In this document: positions 1 to 11,600 of the stretch, one piece after another | Numbering within the stretch: the first letter of the stretch is position 1 | Layout of the letters: every line of letters starts with the position of its first letter | Source: Anthoceros angustus | Taxonomy: Eukaryota; Plantae; Anthocerotophyta | DNA: 64,000 bases | Assembly (NCBI GenBank): GCA_010909165.1 | Contig: MU008183.1 | Coordinates: 558,001-622,000 of the forward strand | Reading direction: 5' to 3' | Made by a program: the position numbers and the translations under genes | The notes under the pieces: generated by a model | Told to the model about the DNA's origin: nothing | The model's input: only the letters and a program-made list of their open reading frames with translations | Database searches by the model: none

Positions 1-1528
1 ACCAGAAGGGTTTGTTATAGATGTTGACAAGGTGTGCAAGCTTTTAAAAACACTATATGGCTTGAAGCAGTCTTCAAGAGCCTGGAACGAGACTTTTCAT
101 GCTCTACTCATTGAGCTAGGCTTCACTTGTTTAGCATCTGACACAAGTGTTTACATTTTACGTGACGGGGATGATTTCCTTATACTTACTGTTTACATAG
201 ACGATAATTTCTTATTCTGCACATCAGCAGCTTTAATGGAGAGAATCAAGAAGATCTTACTATCTCGGTTTGAGATGATAGATTTGGGGCAACTCTCCGT
301 TTCTCAGGGCAGCCAGTTTCACTTTCATGATGGGCATGTCATTGATATACACCAGGAACATTTCTTCAGGCAACTTCTCAAGAGATTTAATATGGAGGAT
401 TGTCGTCCAGTCTCCACTCCTATGTCTACAGGCGAGAAGCTCTCCAGAGAGCATTATTCTACAACTGTAGAAGAGAAGGAGTCTATGTCGAAGAAGCCCT
501 ACGGGCAGGCAGTGGGCTGCCTTATTTATATGGCAGCTTGGACTTGTTTGGATATCTCTCGAGCTGTTAGCGATGTCTCGCAGTTTTTGGAGAACCCTGG
601 TGAGGTGCACTGGGCAGCAGTCGAGCATATTTTTAGATACTTGAAGGGCACAGCTAGGTGGGGACTTCGTTATGCAAGACAACATGGAGAATTGCAACTG
701 ACATCATTTTGTGACGCTGACTGGGCAGGTGTCATGTCGTGTGATACTAATCTCTACACTTGGGTTCAGTGCTAATTAGTTTTAATTAATGCTAATCAAA
801 CACTAAACCCAAGTGCAGAGATTAGTATCACACGACATGACAGCTGTCGCACGAGGTAAGCACTTGAATTCATATAAGCACTTCCTCGACAAACAACCAA
901 GCAAAACAAATCTAATACGCAGATATATAGGTGCAAACCAATCCCCCCCTGATAATTGATAAACCCCTAAACCTATATATCTGCGTATTAGATTTGTTTT
1001 GCTTAGTTGTTTGTCGAGGAAGGGGTTATATGAATTCAAGTGCTTACCTCGTGCGACACAGGAGACCCAGATAGTCGACGTAGTGTTGCAGCTTATTGTA
1101 ACATGCTTGGTGGATCAGTGATTTCTTGGTCAAGTAAAAAGTTCATAACAATTTGCCTTTCATCCACCGAGGCAGGGTATGGAGCACTCTCTCAGGCTGC
1201 TAGGGAGATTATTTGAATACGGTCTTTTCTACGTGGACTTCAGCAACTTGGGCTTGGGGCTATGAGACTTTCGTGTGATAACCAGTTTGCGATTACAATT
1301 TCAAAGAACCTTGTTTTTCACGCCAGGAGTAAGCAGATTGAGATCACATACCATTTCATTTGCCAAGAGGTAGACACAGGTGAAGTGATAGTTGAGTATA
1401 TCCCAACTGGTGAGAACACAGTGGTTCTTTTAACTAAAGCTTAGCCCAAGTTACTACATCTGAAACATAGCCAGGCAACCGGATTGTGCGCTATTCCTCC
1501 AGCCTTAGAGGCTGAAACTGCACACTAG
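1..1528 (+). mobile_element. Degenerate Ty1/copia retrotransposon pol fragment (reverse transcriptase to RNase H), interrupted by an insertion at 730-1058
   Basis: ORF 32-775 has copia RT motifs (LKTLYGLKQSSRAW, LTVYIDDN, PYGQAVGCLIY, HW.AV..IFRYLKGT, FCDADWAG). Directly after the insertion the frame resumes as GDPDSRRSVAAYCNMLGGSVISWSSKK...LSSTEAGY and then copia RNase H (CDNQ.AI.I.KNLVFHARSKQIEITYHF). In-frame stops indicate decay. Confidence 0.92.
730..1058. mobile_element. 329-bp double-hairpin LTR-derived insertion with TG...CA ends and a 4-bp target-site duplication (CAGG)
   Basis: Starts TGTCATGTCG, ends CTCGTGCGACA, and is flanked by CAGG at 726-729 and 1059-1062. Removing it restores the copia codons W-A-G-D-P. 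Arms 730-771/801-842 and 845-932/971-1058 are inverted repeats. The inner part matches 61715-61877. Confidence 0.85.
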
Positions 1529-2692
1529 ACCTATTCCTCAACATGTCCATTTTGGCAGATAATCTGTCTCTTGCATTGTCTTCTTCCGTTGCTCGAGGAG
1601 TGTTGCCATCTTCCTTGTTTCTTGCAAGATAGTTGTTTCGAACAATTTGTCACAGACCCTTTCAAGTGACAAGTGTCAACAGGACTTGGCTGAAGCCTCA
1701 AGTGGATGAAGCTTAACTTACATGTAAGATTTGTGTCTTCCGTAGAATAGGTATTTTCCCATTCCTCTTCCTCTGTAGTACAAGTGCTATGAGGGAGTAT
1801 GTCGTTCCTTCTGGACGTTTGTTGCTCGCAACAATGTTTCTGTCTTCCCACATTAGCTTCCTGACTCTCTATTGTAATTTTGTATTCGTAGTAATAGTCG
1901 GATTCTCCGTCTTCCTTGGGTAGAGCATGCTTCATGATGGCTTGGTACTCTTGCTTGGTCAATCATTTATGCTTTGTAGTATCACTTGGTGCGAATGATA
2001 CTTGTGGAGGAGTGTGCCAACTGGAACCTTGATTCTCAGGCGCCTAGCTGCTATTACCGTCTGAGCTTGCTCCTCATTTGTTTTGAACATGTCTATATAA
2101 GTAGCAGGGTGCTCACAGTAGGCCATGTGCTGTAACCACTGTCTTGGCGCGTCTATCAGACAGTGATGACATCTGTTAATCCAAGTTCTAAATGGCCCCC
2201 ATGCCCTACATATATAGCCTATGGCTACCCTTTATCTCGCTATCATATTTCCTTTATCTCGATATCAGCCTGCTAGATACTATCTAAATATCTATGCTAT
2301 GAATATCCCAAATGAGCACCCAAAAGAGTGCCATATCGTCCAACTAGAAACCCTCATTGTAAACTGAATCTTAAAACTTGCCACATCAGCGAAACTTAGA
2401 CCAATTTACAACGGAGGTTTTTAGACATTGTAAAGATTGGGACATTTACAAAAGGGTTTTGTAAACACACCTCCACCCCCTCCTCCTTCCCTTCCCTTCC
2501 CTCGCCCCTCCCTAGTAGTGGCTGGGAGCTTCAGGCTTATCACAATCAGAGTGCTTGCTAAGTATGCATCCAGAATATGTACCAGCGTGCCAACAAGCGA
2601 GCTTCTACGTCCCCGTCCAACGTTCTATAACATATAACTATATTCCTCATTAATTACTTCATACGCCTGCATTTAATTACAGACATTAGATG

Positions 2693-2913
2693 GAGGGGTT
2701 AGGTTTTGCAAGTCCAAGGAGTGTTTTACTTCATGGGCCATAGCATATGTCCTATGACTAATCCGGAGAAAAATGTCCTTGGACTTTGACTTGAGGGGAA
2801 TCAAGTCCAAGGACGTTTTCTTCCTTGCCCTCAAGCTGTTTATCTAGGTTTATCATGATCTAAGGATTACCAATTTTTTATGTCCTTGGCTCTCACAAAT
2901 CCCAATACACCCT
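2693..2913. repeat. Degenerate fold-back / MITE-like element
   Basis: Internal hairpin AAAATGTCCTTGGACTT(T)GA...TCAAGTCCAAGGACGTTTT at about 2770-2820, plus imperfect outer inverted ends (GAGG...CCAAGGA / TCCTTGG...CCTC). No clear TSD. Confidence 0.35.
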
Positions 2914-3225
2914 CCAGCCACAACTAAATATGCTGACGGCCCCTAGCTAGAAAAAATAAATTTAGGACTTCTCCTACCAGAACTTCCTAGCGTAAACCCT
3001 TATAAACTCTGAAACTCTATATGATTTGAGATCACCTAGTGGTTCAACTTGTGCAGTCTAGCTATCTTATCTCCACCGAGAAAGTTTATTATGGGAAACC
3101 TCCAGACATATGTCAGTACTCCTTAGGGAAAGAAGATTCCTTGTGGCAGTATTTGGGATTGTTGGAGACATTTTCTATTAAGAAAACTTCAAACAAATGA
3201 AGGTCAACGCACACATAAATGGTCC

Positions 3226-4078
3226 TTGACCAATATGGGCAATATATTCTTATGTTCCAAGTGTGTCAGAATGTTTATATTTGTTGCAATAGAACTATGG
3301 GTTGACACTGACAGTGAAGATGTTTCCGATTGGAGAACTTTTGTAATTCCAAAAAACATCCACACATATGATAGCACTCCTCGAGCGGAGATGATTCCTT
3401 TTGACCATGTTTGGGATTGGAGAAAGATGAACATTTTACCTCCTGTCCGTGACCAGGGCAAGTGTGGCACATGCACCCTCTTTGCAATCTTCACTTCTAT
3501 TGGTGCTAGAATCTCTATTAAATATGGTACTCCTCCACTAGAACTGTCAGTGCAAGATTACATCGACAATTGGCAACCTAGGACCTGGAGGGACTTGCAA
3601 AAGTTGGCTTATCACAAACTAATGACAAATATAGATCTTAACAAGAAGATCCCTGAACATATGAGCATACTATGCAAGTATGGTGGAGATATTGCAGATA
3701 TAATGAAGTATGTGGAGAAACATGGAGTCGTTTTAGAGAAGAATTGTTCATACCATCCGAATGGAAGTCATCAAAATCCTCCCAACCAGCGCAATATATT
3801 GTTGCACAAGGTTGATTTCAAAGTCTTCAAGACTTGACGCCCAAAAATGAAAGAATTTGTGAGATACACACCGTAGTGGTATCTCTTTTTGTGTGTGAAG
3901 ATGGTGAGTTTGGCAACCATCCCACCATGAAGCTCAAAACCTTATTCGCACGTGGGCTCCAAAGGACGCAGATGAAATGCATACAGTGCTAATAGTAGGG
4001 TTTGATAACGATGCATGGATATTACGTAACAGCTGGGGTGAAACATGGGGTGATAATGGGTATTTCAGGGTCAACTGA
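3226..4078 (+). pseudogene. Papain-family (C1A) cysteine protease, frameshifted and apparently intronless
   Basis: WDWRKMNILPPVRDQGKCGTC (Gln and catalytic Cys region) lies in ORF 3226-3837. [33 protein letters not shown] (catalytic His/Asn region) lies in a different frame ending at 4078. Frameshifts or a stop separate them. Confidence 0.8.
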
Positions 4079-4485
4079 TAGTGCATCTGGAATCTATGAC
4101 CATGCATGTATACCTATTATTTAGGATTACGCTTATAAAAGATATAAAATTTACTTATGGGAATATTCAAGGTGAAGAATCTCCTAAAGGCTTAAGATTT
4201 TAGAATAGTGTAGCTTTAAACTAGTTTAGTCATTTCTTATCAGAAGGTCACCAGATCACGTGCCTTGTTGTTTGCAGGGCATATCAGAGAAAAAAGAGGA
4301 GCGGTCTCTATTCATTTTGGCGTTCCTCGAAGTATGCATCTGCACCAACGCAGACATGCGCAAAATCGCAAGGCCAGTTGTGCAATTAATAATGATAGCA
4401 TGTACGAAATGGGTTCTTTCCAAAAATAGACTCTCTTTTTCTTTCAGTACGCCATACCATCATAAAGCAACTCTATGAACCCAAG

Positions 4486-4638
4486 TATAAATAAATAAAT
4501 TTTATTCTTTTAAATTAAAATTTTATTTATTTACAAATAATAATAACTTTATCATAAGTATAAATAAATATATGAGTAAATTTATTATTTAAAATTAAAT
4601 TCTAATAATTTACAGATAATAATACCTATATCATAAGT
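4486..4638. repeat. AT-rich degenerate tandem duplication (about 70-80 bp unit, 2 copies)
   Basis: AAGTATAAATAAATA...TTTACA(A/G)ATAATAATA..T.TATCATAAGT occurs twice in tandem. Confidence 0.5.
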
Positions 4639-5546
4639 CCAATGTTTTCGAAGAATCACTGGGCCATTGGCACCATAGTTTGCTTGGGATATACATCAAC
4701 TAATCTAAACGCTGCTCGCCATTCTAGTGGAGTGCGCAATGGTCTTAGTGCTCTCCACAACAAACCCCCTTATCTTGACCTCAGCAGGCCTTGCACCCCT
4801 GCTGATTCAATTTTGAGCTACGGCCATGGCTTCGATGGTGGCTTCATCCGCCATGGCGGCACTCGCTACATTTATGGTTGCTTCTCGAGCACCATCTTCT
4901 GAGGCCTTTAGCGAGCACGCCTTAAGTCGTCGGCCTCATTGAGGTGATCCTGCTATAAAAGACAATGTCGAGTTTGACAAGCTCAGCATTGTCTTCTGCA
5001 ATAGGATCACTAACTTCAGCTTTAGAACCGTAGGAACATCAACCGTGCAAAGTGCATGCAAGGGAGCTTGTAAGCAGACACAGTTATAAAAATAGCATAG
5101 CGCTCTATTGCAGCTTACATCTACTTGCAAATCTCCTGTCTTCCTCTAATCTTGTGGTCTTCATCTGCGCCTCTAGATAGCTTTGCCAGAGTCTTGCTCT
5201 CATTGCTGCATAATCGAGATGCCCAATTCTCGAGGTGTAGAATGTATTCACTGTGGTAGGCAATGGGTGCCTGCACATAGGCGTAATGATGGTTTTGTGC
5301 AATCTTAGTTATCTGTATGAAGAGGGAGAAGCCCACGAGGAACATGCATGAATCGTTCGCCGTGTGTCTGATTATTTCTCCTAAGAGGGAGTAAAGGAAA
5401 CCCAACCTTGATTCCCCGGTCATCAATGAGGTCTAGTTTCGTAATCAGTTCAATTGTTATCGAACAACAACCGTTTGTCCTTTGTACATAAACCACTTAT
5501 CTGAATTTTGTAACTGTCCGCTCTTTTTCATGCTTGCCTCGTTCCC

Positions 5547-6128
5547 GTGCGTTCGTCGAGCACTCACTCAATGCATTCCAGATTGCTTTATGGATTGTTT
5601 TACAGGAGAAGTGGGCACAAAAGTTTGACCCTTACAGGCTTTACAGATGCTGACTGGGCCTTGGATTCGAATTTGCGAAAAAGTTTGAGCACATACTGTT
5701 TTGTGTTGGCATCTGCTGCTGTAAATTGGAGTTGCAAGAAACAATCTTCGATCGCCCTCTCATCCACAGAGGTTGAATATAAGTCCCTTACAAATGCCTC
5801 TAAAGAAATTGAGTGGGAACGTAGTTCTCTACATGACTTAGGCCAACGTCAGGATGCCCCTATCTCACTTCTGTGCGATAATATGTCTGCCCTGGCCTTG
5901 GTAGCGAACCCAAAGTTTCACACCAGGATCAAACATATAGAGATACAACACTATTACATAAGAGATGTGGGGGAAAAAAGTGTGATCAAAGTTGGCAATG
6001 TCGGGACAAATGACGACACCGCCGATATCCTCATCAAGGGTCTGTTAAAACAAAAACACTATCACCATATGAGAGGACTGGGATTAGAAGACTTCGCAGC
6101 GTATTTCAAACAGCCAACGAAACCTTAG
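5547..6128 (+). mobile_element. Ty1/copia RNase H domain fragment
   Basis: LTGFTDADWALDSNLRKSLSTYCFVLASAAVNWSCKKQSSIALSSTEVEY...LLCDNMSALALVANPKFHTRIKHIEIQHYYIRD is the canonical copia RNase H. Confidence 0.9.
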
Positions 6129-6974
6129 GTCAATGACTTATCTGGGTGTGTGGCGGGAGAGGGGGTGGGATTTTTACATCCCGATTTGGTTGCCTAAGCA
6201 ACCAAGTTTGAGGTGCAGAGTTACTAGCACTCCCTCATCTCCCTGCAACCAGGTCACCTTTTCGTGCATGAAAAACTTTTGATTAGTTGTGCTGCACAAG
6301 AGGATAAGATGGCATATCAGAAATACGTAGCGGAGCAGGGCTGGATGAAGTTACCTTAGTATGTAATCAGCTTGTTTTTGTCTCTCCATCTCATATCGTA
6401 GGTTTCACGTCTTGCTGCTCATATGACGTCGGCAGCACACCTCCAGCAGCCAGTAGTAGCTCAAGCTCTGCAATTTTCTCCATGGTTGTTCTTAGCTTGG
6501 CAGCCAGAATTGGAGCAGCTAGCTCTGAATAATGGAGGCCTTGCTCCTCCTGAGCTTCCCTTTCCTCTTTTGGAGCTTGGGCAGTTCTTGGATAAGGTTC
6601 TGTGCTGACTGGGAAACTGTTCATTCTTTTGGCCAGCTCGCCTAGTGTCGTGCATCTCTCCCATGGCAGAGTTACCTTGGTCCCCTCCGGCATCCTCACG
6701 CACTTCCTCTTGACATACTCCAGGGGGTAGTCATACGCTGTGCATCTCTGTGTCCTCATAGTGGTGATGCGGCAGTGCACACCGAAGCTCAGGAGTTGTA
6801 CAGTAAGAAGACTGAGAGAGATGGCATCGTCGAGACGGAGCGTAACAGCGAGAGTGGCTATGACCAGCATTAGGTCCTATGCTCGAGGGACGCCGCTGGT
6901 ACTGATGGAGCGTAAGAGTTCCTCGCGATCTGAACATCACTTAAGCATACGTTAGCATAACCTACAGTTGCTTT

Positions 6975-7160
6975 AGAGGGAGTGTTGGAGATAAAGCCAA
7001 CCTTAAGTTAAGCAATCATAATCTAGGGTTAAGTGAAGCGTTACTAGTGCAAGTATAAAAGGACACATAAGTACACATTTTTGGATGATTGTTATTTTGT
7101 TATTGAGCTTTATGTTCGCTAACGAGGTCTCGTTTTTTCCTCAAGAACTAAATATCAATT
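6975..7160 (+). mobile_element. Probable polypurine tract and start of a copia 3' LTR (right boundary uncertain)
   Basis: AGAGGGAG is immediately followed by TGTTGGAG at 6983, with a TATAAAA box about 70 bp inside. This is the usual copia PPT/LTR junction, located downstream of the RNase H. Confidence 0.45.
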
Positions 7161-8613
7161 GTCAATGACGAATCAACTGCTAAACAGATTCATCAACTAG
7201 ATCAAAAGTACTTTATCCGTAGCTTAGTTGACGAGATCAAGTAGTTTATTGCTCAAGTTGCGAGAAATATCATCTTCAAATAGTTGAGTAGCAAGTTAGC
7301 TAGAAAGTTGTAGAAGCTCTCTTGACGTATGTTTGCAAACTTGGACGCAAAACAAGCCAATAGTCACGTTTTTTTCAACGTCAGCCAAACATCGAGTAAA
7401 ACATCACATTTTCTAGAATCAAGACCATCCCAACTCACGTGAACAATTGTGAAAGTAGGACTTAGGTAGTCTAGTGAAACTTGCGTGCCAAAACTTGGGC
7501 CTAGTCTAATAAAACTTGCACAAACATGTCAGCAATTCCACGAGAAAGTAAGTGGCAAGGTTATCCAACTTGTTACCCTATTCAATGAATCTCATCTTTT
7601 CTAGGATAGAAGCACTCATTAAGAGCATAAAACCTCGCTGTGGAAACCAAATTTTGCAAGTGTCACAAAATGCACATATCATAATGCGCACGGCCGTCGC
7701 CTATCCGTGGCCAAGAAGTAAAAAAATCCAAAGTCCGCAAACGAGAAATGTTTCCAGCGAAGAAGTAAATCGACACAGTCGACTAGGGCATGGACTAAAT
7801 CTTCAAACAAAGTCATGATAGGCATTGATAGCGCAGCCTTCCATACCACTTGGGATCCACCTTTAAGCCAACATGTACATACATGTCCGTTTCTTCCATG
7901 GCATGCCGAGACCGTCCGCCCCACCGTTTGGTTCCACCGTCGGCCACCGGGTGTAGGCTACACCGTGTAGCCCAGGCCGTGCACCGGCTAAATCTGGAGC
8001 TGCATAAATTTAAAAAGGATCGTCCGCGCTGGTGGGTGGAGTGGTATTTCGATAAGAATATGGGGGACCTCGATAACGTCTCGGATGACATACTTTCAGA
8101 TCTGACCTCGTTTTGCTTGTCTCCCGGAACCCGCCATCCCCCGTGCCTCGGCAACTTGTACCTCCACAAAGTGACCCACATTTTCTCTCTCCACAAATCG
8201 ACCCACATTTTCCATCCCCACGAGATATGCAGGAAATTGGGAAATGGGATTCCTCTTCGACTGCACCAGCGCCTGGACCAGGGACTACAATACAGAACCA
8301 CTTTCAGCGACTACCTAGTGGGGACAAGCTCCCTGGGTCGTGAGCCGTGACTTCGGTTTGCGATGTAAGAGGAACATCCCATGGCCGTCAGAGTGACGTC
8401 AAGTATGTCACCACTCCACAACTGTTGCTCGCAGCCTGCAGCCTGCTGGGTTCTGAACTTTTGCGTTCTTGAACAGGTATGCAGGGCTGGTCCTGGTAAC
8501 AGATCCTTGGGTGTTTTTTCAGTGTTGGTTTTGTCTCCACCTTTCACCTCCTTGGGTTCCCTGTCTGTGCCAAGGGTGCCTGCACAGCTCAATGCTTACC
8601 ACGGATGAGGCAG

Positions 8614-11600
8614 TTATCTGGCTGGCCGTGTCAGGACGATTAGTTCGTCACCTTTGTTCCAGATCAGGGTTTCGCTCTTGTTGGGGGGATTGAGCACCCA
8701 CTCACCGCCATTTTCAGCACACTTGTGCGCTATGACAATCTCCCCGTTCTGCAGGGCCCGAGATTGTAGCTCCCAGAAGTTGAGACCCTCTCCATAGTCC
8801 GCATATGTACCCACCTCGTGCAGCAGCATGTTGCTGCCGGAATCACTCACAACCTCATCCAGAACAGCACCCACGTCCGCGTCTTCAGCCAAATGCGCTA
8901 GCACCATGGCCTGGAGCTCTTCGGGGACGATGGAGTTTATCTTCCACGTGTCCTGCACCCTCTGAAGAACATCGTCCTGTGCTGCTGCCTGCTCTGCGAC
9001 TATCACGTTATTTCTCCGTCCTCGTTGAACCTGCAACCATCAATAGAGTCATCCTTGTGACTGTGGATGAAATGTGCGACGCTGGTTGGTAAAATGTGCC
9101 TGGCATGCTAGGAACGGTGGAGACCTGTATGTGTCTCACAAGCAGGGCGGTGATGCCTGTGTTGAAGCCTAATTCCTTTTTGTTGCTACCGAGTATGATG
9201 GTTTTGTCATACGTTTCAAGGGGCAACTCCTCCAACAGCTGTCTTGATTGAGGGTCTCCGAATTCTGCAAGAGACTAGTGCCATCCGTCATGGAGCACAC
9301 AAGAAAAAGAGTAAACAACCTTGGGGCTTCTTACTGTGCACAAGCTTGATGTTTTGCAGGGGGCTGCCGGATTTCAGCTCCTTGTTCCGAGCCTCCATAT
9401 CCACCTCTGCAAGAATTGTGACCTCGCTTCCTATCACGTCATGACCACGTGACAATCAAACTTAGAGCAGGGTTGGACAAGAGACGGGGAGAGCAACGCA
9501 GTGATCCAAGAACATGAAGTAAGTCTCACCTCTTGATACAGAAGAGTCCACGTGCCGAAGAACATCCTTCAGGTCATGTCTCCAACCAGAAATGAAGATT
9601 TTCAAGACGGGCTTGTTTTGTTTCTGGAAGGCTGTAGGGATAACATTCTCAAAAGGCTCGTGGGACACGCCGGGCTGGTAGCTGTCATCGTCTTCTGAGA
9701 TTACCAAGATCTTATCACCTTCCTTCACAGCAGAAACGTTCAAACCCACAGATATCTCTTCAGCCTTGTCATTGACATGGCTTCACACAAGTTTCAAACA
9801 AGATTAACGCTTACCTCTATAATAGTGTCTGGCGGGGGATTCACGAGAGTGAACTTGCCCCGCTGTCCTTTTCCTGATCCCTTCCTCAATCCACAAGGAA
9901 TAGCGTCTTCGAAGAGATACATTATTTCTTCAAATCTCTTACCCACAAGTTCAGGCCTGCTCACCGCAGCATAGAGCATGGATTAAGAGACAGAACTTCG
10001 AAACTAAATTCAGAACGGAGAGTGACATGATCCAGACCAGGGTTTGAAGCGAAACTCTGAGCCTTCAAAGAGGAGGAGCTCTTTAGCAACTGCGGCTGTT
10101 CCAGGCTGGAAGGCTCGGTCCACCATCATCCGGAGCACTATGTCCTCCGTTGCTACAGGCACCAATTTCCGCAACCTGGCCATCTCAAGTATGGGTGCAC
10201 TGCTAGTCATTATCTGAATAAAGATAGTAGCTTGTCAGAAAGTGAACACCAGAGTGCACACAACTCTACCTTTCTGTCGTGCTCGCAGGCTCTGGACCAG
10301 AAGTTGTAGAAACGGTGGAATTTGGCCTTCGAGTTCTATCGGTCTCAGCTGCACAAGTAAGGGCAGTCGAAAGCATATCCTTCATGAGCTTCACACTGTC
10401 TAACTGAGCCAGTTCAGCCACAATATCTCCTCGCATCTCCGAGAGATAACAGAGTACAAGGCAAGTTTGGAGAACCTGCACTTCCAAATATAAGCCTGGA
10501 TGTGAGCATCAGTTTCTAGATTTGTTGAGAGGCACTTAGACGAAACACGACATTTCGTTTGGTTTCTTCAACCTGAGCATCTGCTTCGAGGGGCTGTAAC
10601 CCATCGGGAGACAACACTATAATCGCACGTGCCATAGACGCAGAGCAAAGCTTCAGGTCCTCTGAAGCTGTAGGCCTACCCTTCCTTGTCACGACCTACA
10701 GCAGGAGAAACCTTCATGCTGAGGAGTCCACAGAGCTGTGCAGGTCTACAATAGCGAGTGCAGCAGATATTCTTACCTTGGATCCAGAACGCTCTACTAC
10801 TGGCAGAGCTTGCAACAACTCCTCATCCATCCGTTCTTTTTCTTCGTGGCCCAGGACAACTATGCTTCTTTTGGGGCCCCGTGACTTGTTTGCCTCTGTC
10901 AACTCCTTGACAAGCGGAATTGTCTTAGGCGTCCATCCTGGATGCAGTGTTGTGGACAATGTCAGAATCACTCCGTCATCTGCAACGCGCTTCTTACAGG
11001 TGGCCAGCCTGCTCACCGACTATTAAGGTGTGGTTCTCTTCGATAACTGGGGTGCCTCCTTTCTGCAGCTGATCAACCTTGCTACTCACAGCATCACTCA
11101 TCAACCCGACTAACAACGCAAAGAAAAGCATTCCTCCCATTGTCAAGGGAACTGCCACCAGCCGTCTTCTGACAGTGTTCTGCAAAATGGGGTACAAGGA
11201 AACAAGGCCCGATGTTCATACAGCCTGTTCAAAAACCGCGTAGGTTCAGCACAGAGAGGGAGGAGCAAGCACATGGAGGAGGTCCATACCTCGCCAGCAT
11301 GTGTCCCTGGATCAGCAACAAATGTCCATGCTGCCCACACGGATTCTGGCAACTCGGCATCTGGGTCATCCGAAACTGCAGCTCGATAATACAAAACCCC
11401 TGCAACAAAACGAAGTGGGGTGAGCCCCCAATTCTCGTCGGTCCTGGGGCAATGTTGTCATCACACAAAGGATCACACCTAGGCACATACCTCCAATGGT
11501 TGTCATAATTGCAGTGATTGCAAGAAGGATAACAGCCTGTCACGAACAGCATCACACAAAGAAGCTCAAGATGGTGAATCACCAGGCACTCTCTCTCTTC

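Noticed and set aside
960-975. Telomere-like CCCTAAA in the hairpin loop
   Set aside because: There is only one exact heptamer, which is expected by chance in AT-rich DNA.
1531-1962. 143-aa minus-strand ORF as a host gene or gag
   Set aside because: No recognisable motif. It abuts the copia end inside TE debris.
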